Under the pieces are notes generated by a model. It did not search any database and had not been told where the DNA came from. It saw only the letters and a list, made by a program, of their open reading frames with translations. 64,000 bases of DNA. It comes from Phallusia mammillata (lineage: Eukaryota). The stretch lies in contig OZ281497.1 of assembly GCA_965637545.1 (NCBI GenBank), forward strand, positions 15,128,001-15,192,000. The letters are read 5' to 3'. Both the position numbers and the translations under genes were made by a program. The stretch's first letter is position 1. Each line of letters begins with the position of its first letter. This document shows positions 24,801 to 37,000 of this stretch, one piece after another.

Positions 24801-27800
24801 GTGGGGTGTTTGGTGGCATTTAAAGCACCCAAATGCTCCTTAAGATAAATATGTTTTGGAATTATGTTGTTCTGTTCTGTTTAACTTGAGACTGATGAAT
24901 TGTGTTTATTCGTGAAAGGGGATCAACTTTGGTGCGTGATATTCTGAAAGTTTGACTTAGTTCGTATTCCCAAAGACATTCTGACATTCTTCTTAGGTCC
25001 TACTGTTCACAAGGGCACCCAAAGGATAGTCAGTAACTACGCGCTTAGGTAAGAATACAAAACATGTGTAGTAAAGCATACGAAACTACCTCCTTGAATC
25101 AAAAAGCAGAACAAATGTTTTTGTTTTTCCTATAAACTGTAAAGAAGAAATTCCAAAATGTCCTAATTAATACTGAATGTATATTTGAAACGCCATCACG
25201 AAATGCAAAGTGTTAAACTGTTGTCCCATCAATAAATTCTGATCGCTTTGTGTTTGAAGACAAAAAACGAAAGGTAGGCTGTGTATGGATACGCATGAAT
25301 AGTTCGACCCGCCGCCCATGCTTATACCGCGCGAATTGTTTGAAGTAGCGTGTAGAGTGGACCACCTGCGACGAACTTATAATACGCCAAATTACGTAAT
25401 AAATTATTATGTTGTCATCAACGGAACATGTCATAAAATGACGTCACTCCTAAAAAGCGAAATTTCATATCGTACTTTGCAATATTTCTTTGTTGTTTTT
25501 GCGACAAATGTTGATTTTCTGTCCCAAAATGTATACGAGCATCTCTGCACGCAATAAAACTTACGTCTGTGGTGAATTAGTCATACTTCAACCTGCGTCA
25601 CACTTTGCTGCCCATATGGATGAAATGTAATCTTGTTTTCGAACCATACACTTAATTCTGCGCTCCGACAATCGTAAATGGAGAAGTAAAAAACGATTTT
25701 GATAGTTTCGGAAGTTTAGTCATCAAAAAGTATCGGCACTCTTAAGTTTTGTTACTATTCGTGAAACTATGCGCTTGGATTCGGGTCGGTTTTACATTTT
25801 TAGTGTTTGGCTTTTGCGACGGGTCACGGCGAGGGAAAATTTCGAAAGTAAACACAGCAAGTTGTCATGACGACAGGTAAAAACCTCTGACGTAATAGAC
25901 GTATAAATAACGCTAGAATGGTAGCCGCAGAATGTCTTGACACTTCTGTTTTGGCATTCTAAAAATTAGTGACATTTTCATTTCAAGTGCTAGGCTGGCT
26001 ACATTATCAATAGCAATAACAAAACGCAACATTGCGTAAACAGATTGGAGAGACAAGCACAAGTTATCACATGTCACCTGTTCTGACAGACATCTTTTTA
26101 ATTTGCCATTTAAAAGCAATTTACCAATAATTGTAGGTATTTCATTCAAACGCAATCTGCAGTGAATTTTGCCGTGGCAAGTTTATGGCCACAAGAATTT
26201 GCTTTTGTCATTCGGTTCTTCAGTGGCCAACAGCGCCGTAAGTGGTGTCGATCTCCTCAGGGGCCAGCAAAGAAGGCGGCGTCTATCGCCATGTGTGGTC
26301 CGCCGCCCAACCTCGGCAGATAGAGCGCGAAAGGCGCAAAGAAGAAATAAAAGCAATTTCCGAGCGACCGTAATTCGATCGTGCCCATCCGGCCGTGACG
26401 GAGGAATCATTCGATCTCCGTGCCTGTCCGATCACAATCGTCACCTAAACTTCCCCTTTAAAACCTAGTGACTTTCTGGAAAAGCCATGCTTGTATTTTT
26501 GCGGCATATGAAAGTTAGTTGACCTTGTAACGTACTTGTGCAATGAAATCATAGGTAGGACCAAGCTAACCTGGATGATTGCTTATTGGCGCCACCTAAC
26601 GGTTCGTTATTTATTACTTTGTTTTCTCTCAATCTTGTTATTGGATAGCTTCAATTTAGACGCCACTGTTTCGTCCAATTTGTATTTTAGCTTTAAAATC
26701 AGTACTTATTGTGTAGACTACTAGTATAGGGAGTTGAGAAATTCACCTATGTCAGCTGTGAAGCGATGTGCAGTCTTTGGCAATGATTTCGCTCGGGTTA
26801 AATTTCATCTGGTGAGAGAAAAGAGCAGCATTTCGCTGATTTCCGGATTTTGCTGTCCCTCCTGCCACCGACGCCGCACAGATAATGTGCCAGGTCATTC
26901 GCGTTTTTTTCTCCGCCGCCGCCGCGCTATCACTTTACTCAATCGCGGAGTTTTTGCTCGAGAGAAAAAATGAAAACAAGTCAGCTAGCACGGTGGCTTA
27001 CTTCGCTCGATTGAATCTATTCATGCGACTTGGTTTGAAGAAGACCAGGCCAGTAGTGCTGGCGGCTGTACTATAGTTTAGTCAGTCAGTCATTCAGCTG
27101 GTCACCCAGTGAGTTTCTTATACTCACCCACTATTGAGGATTATGGGAGAAGAATGGTTAAGCTGGTGCTGGTGACCTAATGCCCCCAGAAAGTTTTAGT
27201 CATGCCTAGCAGGGATTAGCTCGAGCTCTTTTGATGTCTTTGTTGGGGAGTTTAGGTTTGTAATCAGCTAAGGGAAAGATAGCTTTGTTGAACTATGTGG
27301 GATAATCCGACAAGACTGGCATAAAAACAGGTGTCTTTATTTCATCGTTGCAAATACTGTAAATGGTCATTTAATTTTACAGTTAACCGTCTTAAGAATA
27401 TGTAGTAAGTTTTGGGTTTAATCTTTCTGTGTGGATATCGCGCGAATAGCCAATTGTTCACTTATTTCATACACAGAAATGTGAAAATAGATTTATATTG
27501 GCATTGTTTTTCAGCCTTAAAACCCAATGCAATAGGCTGAAACAGTCTCACCACAGGCAAGTGTCTCGACATTACACCTGGCTTAACCAAAGTGCTATAG
27601 CTCGCGGCGGACCGTCTCATAAAAAGTAGCGGCTTTTATGCATTTGACCGCTTGTAAACCTGCCTGGTGTCTTATATTTTCTCATTCAAGTTACCTTATG
27701 ACTAGCGAGGGCCGAGAATGGCCGTTTAAAGCAAACTGCTTTTGGTAAATTAGCGGTTTCGCGACGGTTGAGTAGTAATTCCCTAGTCGTGTAAAAGCGG

Positions 27801-28073
27801 TCGCGTTGCTTCAAGCCCCTAATAACCCTGTCGTACAGGTACTCTGGCTGCCTATCAATCAAGTTACGTCGTGACCGAATGGTCGGTTTGTTTTTAGATA
27901 CTTTAGGGCGTCCGTGTGCAAGCCTGTGTCTTTGCACTTCATGTTAACAAGTGTGCTGGCTGGGGTCTGATATCGACCGATGCCTGTTACCTTATAATGA
28001 AAACTACACCCTCAGTGCACAACTGTCAACCACGTGCTCTTTCGCTGCAATTATGGTATAACTACGCGGAGCG

Positions 28074-31000
28074 ATGGAAGGGAATCAAACACGTGCTCAA
28101 AATGCTGATGTCAGCTTAACCGAGAGCACACACGCAGTGGGCAATCCCCTGCATGACGGAAATACCAGCAAACAGAACATTCGAATGGACGAAGTGTCAA
28201 GCGAAGCTAGTAACATCACGCCACAATCAAGGAACCAATCGGGAGCAGTTCGAGTTGGTGACGTCACAGCACATGCGGATGGCATTTCCGGAGCTTCGAC
28301 CAATCAATCAAAGGAAGTCAGATGTTTGTCTATTCGTGATGTGAGCGCACATTTAGGTGACGATACTGAGCGCCCAGTCATTAAAACTTCCTCGTCGCCA
28401 GAGCATTCACGCGACAAGGAAAAAGATCAGTTATATTTGGCCAGCTTTTCATCGTCTTGCGATTCAAATTGGAGATTACTGAACAGTTCTTGTGATTCGA
28501 CACAGTCTAATTCGAATACAGCTAGTTCAGATACGACGAAGAAATTACCTGTTTTGAAACCAAGAAGTCCCCCAATAAGTCAAATCAGTAGTACAGGCAG
28601 TAGAAGGCTTTCTAACAAACGTAAATCGCGATCGATTTCGTCTTTGGACTTGTCAGTGCCGAAAGATCTGTCGAAGATGACAAAAGACGAAACGAAAGAG
28701 ACTGAGGACAATAGAAGCGCTGCCAGTTCGGAACGATCATCGAGACATGAGAATTTCGAACTTGGCGACATGCCGTCGGCCGATCAACCCGACATCGGCA
28801 AAAATTCTTCAAACGGTTACGACCTAGTCGAAGACCCGTGGGTGCGAGCGCCTTCGGTTTCGAATACCTCAAAAGTTCGCTTTGCAACGGCCAGGTTGAG
28901 TACAAGTGAGAGGTCTGGAGGTGTTGGCCAACAAATCTCCTCCACTCCGATCTTGCCGGAGCGCCAGTCCAGCGACGAGGGCGAGATCTATTCAGGTTTA
29001 CCCCAATCCAGGACAGAGAGTCAAGAGGAACTTGACCGAATCTCACAGCAACGGCGGAATACCAACTCGCCCGAGCCTTGCCACGAACAACAGCAAGCGA
29101 ACCAGAATCATGACCGAATCCGCAATGATCTTGACCTGTTGAGTAGACCGAGTTGGTGCGATGCAAAGTTTGCGTTGTCACGTGTGCAGCAAGTAAGTTC
29201 GACCGGCGATACGAGACATGCCATCACGGTTATGTTGGTAGAAAATGTTACTACGTGTGTATCGGCTGTTATCTGGCATTATCGAGTTATGGTCACGTTA
29301 CCTACGGTAGTAATTCGGAGAATGATTTGCAAATATTGACAGAAGCTGTTTACTGCGCATCTTGACAAACATTTAGTATTTAAAAGTCGCGCATATAGAG
29401 AATGATGTTTGTGACCTTTTGTTGTTTGTGTCAAAATTATCATTCAAACGGAGTTCGTGCCGCCATTTTGAAATGGTACGGGAGTTAACAAATTAGTGAC
29501 ATCTGGCTGGTAGTAGCATGCCGGCGGGCACGTCCTCTCGTCACGAAGCATTGTGGTGATAAATATTCCCATGCATTTGGTTGTCATGAATAAGAAACAG
29601 ATGCCTGAATGAATGGTTGACCTTTATCGTGGGGCATGCTGAGTGAAGTCATTGGCGAACGTTACGCAGCGGTTTCAGTTGGTTCTGTCTTGATCATGTA
29701 ACGGAATTGTCTGGTTCCCATCCAATTAACAATAAGCTGTGAATTTGGTGTAACTTATGCTGTACGTGGATTCAACTAATTCAATCTTCAGTGACAGTTG
29801 CGTGCAGAAGTCGCGACATTAGCGCTTGTCTGATTGAAATAACCGCAGCGCGTGCTACACTGTAGGGTGGTCGAGACTTGAGATCGGCTTCAACGCATCT
29901 CATTTCCCACGCGGCGAAAACGGGAAACGGCTGAAATAAACACTGCAATTTGGAGTGGCCACGACTTTCATTAAATTCTAGCGACAATAGGGTGCGCGTA
30001 CGCTCTTGTGTACATATATCGTCGCCAGTTTTGCTTGGTTTGTCCTGTTAGGCCTCTTGCAGGAAATCAAGCGCATTCCTTGCGAGAAGCGCAAGACCGC
30101 ACGTATGCGATACTGCTGACCGACGCGGATAATGCTGGTGGCGTGTTGTTGTCGTCGCGGCTAGTGACGAGTCCTGACGTAATGTTTTAACAAGTCAAAC
30201 GTGATCAGATGACGTGTCGCGGACAAATTCCAAGTCATGATCTTGGATTGGCATCACAATTGTTTGTAATGTCACTGGATAAATGTTGCAAATTGTAATT
30301 TAACTGCTTTTGTTTCACATGTTATATTTAAATGCAATTGCACTTATACAGTTCATGAGAAAACAACAAAATTTTCTTTGTGTACAAAGAAACAAAAATT
30401 GCGTTTAGGGCTTTTTTATTTAGCTGTTGCCAGTGATTTTCCCCCTCGAACCTGCCTCATACTTTAAACGAGATGTGTTGAGGTTAAAACGAACCGTTTG
30501 GTCGCTTTTTGTCGCCCTCCCGTTGGGTCCTCTTTTTGGATCTATTTGTATGGCAATCTGGCAACGCAAAATCGCTACCCTTATTAGATTATTTCCCGCC
30601 CTCTCGCGCGCCTTTTCGCGACGACGGATGGATGCGGTCGAAGGCCCCCACCATCGGCCCCGACGCAGAAACACAATCTGAGACATGGCTGCGGGCCAAA
30701 GCAGCAGCGGAATGTGTGAAATGGTGCGCGACCCGATGCTCTTGACCCGTTCGAGTGCAGCAAGCGGCAAATAGCATGCAAACGAATTTCACCCGTGACA
30801 GTCTTCCCCAGAGTGCTGAAACCAATAGGCCACAGTCACGTTTGTCTGTCGAAAGGGTCCCGCCTAAACGTAGATGTTCGCTTTGCTGAATTCAAATCAA
30901 TTAATAGGTCGGGTGTGTGGTAAAATTGCTCGTGTAATATCGCCTCCGGTCCTCTTGACTTTTGTCCGGCCTGAGATAGGCTAAGACCGTGGGCGTGCTC

Positions 31001-34000
31001 ACATCGGATAAAAGTAACGTAGCTGTGAATTCACAAACCGCAACATAAAAGACATTAGATTTAGTTTGGTCTTTGTGCTATGCCGCGTCAAGTCTCGCCT
31101 GTCGCCGAACTATTCCGTGTCCTTCAAAATGGAGGCGGTCCGTGATGTTTGCGGCCACTCAATTTTGCCTGGGGCTGGCGGAGCGCTCGGACCACCCTGT
31201 TTTCGCCGCATTCTCCATTACTATGTTATGGTATCAAAGACAACACACGTCGTAGTTCAAGTCGCAATATCTGTCCTCAGTCGTTCATTTTGGTGTAACC
31301 AGCAGTAATGATATTTGACGACTTAAATCTTTGTACATGAGATGACAATTCACAGCCTGAGATTATCGCATTTGTCCCAAAACAAGCAAACAAACACAAG
31401 CTGATTCTAGATTGCACAGTTCGGCTCCTGTGCTACAATAATATGAAAAAATATTTAGAATGACCTCCAGCATTTTGCAAGACACTACTTCGAATGCGGT
31501 AAGAACGACACGCAATGTGTTGTCACGGTCAACGATAGACGTCGGATTTGCGTTCTTGCGTTGGATAGGCGAGCAAGAAATGTTTTCGCGCGCTATGCAT
31601 CATATGCAGATTGCTGCAAATCCCTCATCAATCACCGTGAGCTAAATCCGCTGCTTTTCGCCTCGAAATGCTCAGGTTGCAACGGCGAAAGTGGCACAAT
31701 AATCTGTTTAACTGCGAACCCGGCTTTCTGGACCGAGAGTTTTCACTGCACTGCTTGGAAACAGAATCGCGTCTTGTCCGTCTGTTTTCGGCTTTGAGCG
31801 AATTATTGAAAAGACCAGAGCCGCATACAGTCTGATGACGCAACCCAAAGTAACAGATAGCACTTGTTGCGTGCCCACAGTGCGGTCGCAGGCAAATTCG
31901 CCGTGACAGACCAAAGCATTGCAGTGATCCAGTGAAGCATTTCGGGAGCCTGGTTTGTGTGTAGTCATCACATATTTGTCAAAACTTGTGTTGTCGTTTA
32001 CGTTAACGAATTGTCTAGCACGATTGTAAAACATGTGTCTAAAACGAACCTAGGTTTTTTGGCAAGGCAATTTTCACCAGTCGCATTAACGACATAAAGT
32101 TGACACGTGGGTTGTTGTACTGTACCTCTTCATTAAAGTGTAAGACCTAAGGTCAGCAAAACTATTAACACTGTACAGATTCCAGGTTATAAAAAAATCT
32201 TCGTCTGACATTCCATCATGATTCACATACATTGGTGTTCGAATCGCGAATGTACTGATGCAATATTACGTCTTTTTTCAAGGGCAAAGCTGAAGGAAAT
32301 CAATACGCTCTAAAACTGCGTGCCTTCATCCATCGCATCCTCTTCAAGTTGGGATGCTTTATCCAGCGTAACGCCTTCACTGTACTTTTTGTCGGTCTCA
32401 TCCTACTTACCGCCTGCTGCATCGGCCTGAAGCAGGCGCACTTGGAGACTGACATCGAAAAACTCTGGGTCGAAAGTAAGTTTAATATGGATAAACATGC
32501 AATGTTGCTGTGCTGACGTCATAATTTGAATATACTTCGGGTATAACAGTGCCAATTAACGTAATAACGGTGAAGCGCAAAGATTATGAAATTCAATTTA
32601 AAACACTGTCTAAAATAATCTAGTGCGAACAATGTGAGCTTTTAATTACGAGGTGTTTAACATTCACCAAGCAGTATTATCGCCCCAAATGTCACCTCAT
32701 CGCTGCCGAAAAGTAACTTATCGTGTGGATGTTGCTCCAAATTTGGGCATTACTGATGTCGATCGATTCATGTGGCGTCAAGGAACAACTTAATTCGAGG
32801 GCCTACGAATTAGCTGCCCAATCATCACCGATGTGGCACCTTAAATCAGATAGATTATCAAGCCCTGACGTGCGCCAGTGGGGCTTTTGATTATGGGAGT
32901 TCTGCGTATTGTTTTAGATGGGCTTTGTACACGCCCTGCAATTAGTTGAATTATGATAAATCTGGCATCCAGCTTATAAAGGCAAGTGAGGCCAAATTCT
33001 CACAGGTGGCCACGGCGTCTCGTCATTATCGTAACTTCATTAGTGACGCACCATTTGGCGAAATTAGACACTGGGATATCTTGGCGTGTCGTAGTGGCAG
33101 ATCGACGTGAGGCAACGTTGGTTGGCGGGAAGCAGTGCAGGAAGATAGTGCGACAGATATCAAATTTTGCTCACTACGCTAGGAGGTCTTGGATGCGATA
33201 ACCTTTTTCGTACCAAGCGGGCGACTGTTGTGAAGAGTGGTCTCTCGAGACGCACGTTCACCCGCCGAAAGAAGGGTCTTGATTCGATTTGGTCCTTTAT
33301 AAATCGTATCTTCCCTTCTGATCAATATATCGCTACTCGATTGCGAATCACGCGGTGTGGGTTCTACACACTTAATCCTCACCAGAACGTATCGGTTACC
33401 CGCTTGGAGGCGAGTTTGAAGGCCTGGGGGTTCATCTGAGCGCATTCACTTCCCTTCCGTTATTTCCCCGCGTTTTAAACTTGCAGCATGATTATCACTT
33501 CCTTGGGCGTCCTCATATTCGCGACTTTAAGTGCCAGCAACGCTGCAGAGCACCTTTCCGAAGATATGGTGTATCATAGCGTTCTTGTAAAGACTTGAGT
33601 AAGTGCCTGCCACTTCTCACGTCAATCAAGATCAAGCCGAACTTATTTTGCATCGCTGCGGTCCCGTGTGTCAAACCCATCCACGTCGCATCGCAAAAAT
33701 CTCGTGTCAAATTTCGGCGCTCAACCGGTGTCCTTACAGTTTGACTAACCACCTTTGCGAGCTGGACTTGTACAATGGGTGGTCTAAAAAGCGGCAGCAG
33801 GTGGAGGAATCGCGTCTCTTCGCTCGGTTGACATAATTGAGTCCAGTCTACACGACGCGTCACAGATTGATGCAAGGGCGAGATAACCGTAGAGATGATT
33901 TCATCGGAAATACGTGCGGGAAATTCTTAGCATTTCGCGAAGGGGCAGCACAGGTTCAGAGCTACCGCTCGACGGTGTAATTGCTGCTTCACCAATCGGT

Positions 34001-37000
34001 GACATAATGTCGTCTACCAATAATTGATACTTGCCACAACAGGACACTGTAACCTTCAGTAAATTGACTGTGTAAGCGACTCCTTTGTTAGGTCAACGTT
34101 GCCTGCATTTGGATTGTTGTTCGAAGGCGGAACAGGGTGTTTTGACCAGAAACCGTAAACAGCGCGGGCCGCACGCGTCGTATCAGCTAAAAGTCAGTGC
34201 CTTTTAAATCTGCCAACAACACACTGGGTGCGTGTGTGGCATGAACTTTCCCTCTGTTGTGCACGATCCGTGTAAACACGTTGCATGCCGCCTTTGCCAC
34301 AAGACCGACCTTTCCCTTTTATGAGCCGAATCTTTCAGAAACGCTCCCGTTTTATGAAACACTTTAAAATGAAGTCTAACAAAAGTCTTGTGTAACTAGC
34401 ATTAAACTGTTTCACTTTCAAGAAATAAGTTTGTTGTACGTCACACCTAATATTTGTCGGAGGTCGATTGCTTATAGTGTAGGTTTGAGGGAGATTGTGC
34501 AGTCAAATTGACTAAATATGCTCGCAATACGTTGATCGCGATCCGTCAAGATCTGGGTGATCCATCCGTTTCTTACCAATTCTCTCGAAACAGGATTTTG
34601 CTGTATGCTGTTGCGCCCTTTTGTTTACCTTCAAACGTTGCCACCGGCGATGACCGCAAAATGTTGGGACTGTTTTGAAAACAGTGCCTTTCAGAGTCGG
34701 GTCGAACGATAGTGGTGCAGCCAAGCGGCGAGAAAATTAACGGAACTTACTCCAAGCCACCCAGCTCCTTGTTACGCCTCACCGATTTGCCAACCTGAAC
34801 TACGTCCTGCCTCAAAAACCCACAACCGCAATCCTTTCACAACTACCCTGCACATTTCTTAATTCAGGCTATGGATTTTAGGTTAACACAGTTCTCTAAT
34901 CTTTTCGAATTTTCTTACTACCACTGGGGAACAACATAGAGGATTCGTTTTTCGAGACATAGCAGTACTTTTCATTGTAAGAACCCACCAACGTTGAAGG
35001 AGGTCAATTTCCTATCAATCAGTTGTATGCGGGATGATCTTTGGCTCTGCGTGGTCTTTGAAGGTAGCTGGGCATTCAAACTGGCAGACGGACGGGTGAC
35101 ACGCGGCACAATGCCTCCATACTCACTTTCCAATGAACCGAAACTTTTACGTTAACGTTCTCTGGCGCCCATTGCTGCTTTAAAAAATTTTTGCTGAGTT
35201 TGGCAATTGACTGGTAAAAATAATCAGCTGCCCATAAATGGCTGTGTAACCACTGAAAGCGACATCTGCATCTATACATGGATGTTGTAACTTTTCTTTA
35301 TTGCTTTGGTTAAACCTAGGCGTTTGATGAATAGTTTCTTGGGAGGCGCAGATAACAGGAAACCGCAGTGACAAGAATGCTGATTTACATAGCTTTTCGG
35401 CGGATGGTTGTGCCTCAACCATGCCTGTGATTCTGTAAACACTGCTAATACCTTGCGTCGAAGTCGGATCTGGTTCTAAATCCGGGCTGCTTATTTGTTT
35501 TGCCAAACGCCTATATGCGATAGATGTGGCCCGAACGTGGCTGGTGGGCAGGCAGATAAAGGAATGACAAGTACGTGCGGTGTAATCTCACTGACGCCAG
35601 CGCCAAGACATCCGCGGTTGCCCTTGCTGCCTCGATGAGTGGTAAGGCGGCAACAATCGCGGTGTGCATAATCGAACAGAGCCGCGCGTGCCTGATGTGA
35701 AACTTGCGGCGTTTTCCACTGCGTGCGGCGAATCTCCCACTCACCTTCCGACCTATTTTGTTAAACTTGGCGTTTAGTGCAGCGCCAGCGGTCTTTGTTA
35801 AGGCGCATGTCAAACGTTTTGCGAAAAGAGCACTGCCCTCAGCACGAGAGAGATAAGAGACTGCCGTTGTCTGGTAATAAAGCCAGGCTCCCATTCATAG
35901 GGTGCCAATCTGTTGCATGAAGATGATGTTGTTGTGGATACCTTATATTCGTGTGTGTCTTGTTCACTTCTGTTTACCCACATCATGCGAAATCTACTTA
36001 ACGGTCGTCTCATACGCTTATCTAAAGCACAATCGAGGAAGGCACTGCAAGACGGCATGGCCTACATCGTCAGGTTAGCCGTCCTTGAAATCACCACTGC
36101 CGCGCCACAGTTGACAGTACGGTTAAATCGATCGGTTACAACATGCAATTACTTGTCGATAACGTGATCCGCATAGTATGGTGTCGGAAGAATGGGACGT
36201 TTTGTCCGGCGAGTAACATTACCTCGTCTATAAATAGTGACTTGTCCCTCCCAAGATGCTGCTTGACGCAATGCAGTGCCAGCGCAGGTGAAACACAAAG
36301 GTTTCAACTTAGTGATCACAAAGACGAGCTCGCTTCTCTTTGTTGCGGTCTGCATCCGATCTTAAGAGTCATAGCAAGTTTTAAGTGACAATTGGTAACT
36401 TTACCACTTATTTTCGAGAATGCGATACTATAATGTTAGTACTTTTAAAAAAAGCCACACAGGGCTTGTTAAGCGGACACAAGTTATTGTTTAAACGCCA
36501 AACATCAAACTATTTCGCGCGATGAAAAGCGTTTGCTTTTCTTGGAAATGTGTGATCAGACAATCTTGTTGATAACACTCTTTATAATGTCCCACAATTT
36601 CCGGTGCAATTAGCGCGGCAACGACATCAACAAGCAAATTATGTTAAAAAGCTGATTTATTTCCCAGTACCTACTTATGTATTTTTTTCGTAAAGATTTA
36701 AAGATTGGGCTGTCACGATCTTCTGATAAAACAATCTAATGTATTTTTAGCCAATGGTCAACTGCAAGCAGAACTTGATTACGGAAGACGTCAAAGTCAA
36801 AGTGAAGGTCAAACCTCAGAATCAACTTACAACGCACAACTTCTCATGCAAACCGGCAGCGGCGCGGCCACCGTAGAAGCTTTGAAATATCACCTGAAAG
36901 CGGCTATGGCGGCAACCGAAGTATCCGTGTATATGTATAACCAGTAAGTTTCTTAGTAACATAAATATTTTGCATGGTGTATCATTATTGTTGTCTGTAC

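Noticed and set aside
28612-29181. 189-aa minus-strand ORF, and other ORFs overlapping Patched exon 1
   Set aside because: Antisense or alternative-frame shadows of a coding exon, with no recognisable domain.
29193-29339. ORF-track extension of Patched exon 1 to 421 aa
   Set aside because: Read-through into intron 1; the donor CAA|GTAAGT at 29192 joins in phase to the conserved GKAEG exon.
32986-36388. Many 60-127 aa ORFs in Patched intron 2
   Set aside because: No domain motifs or consistent splice structure; expected from locally higher GC content.
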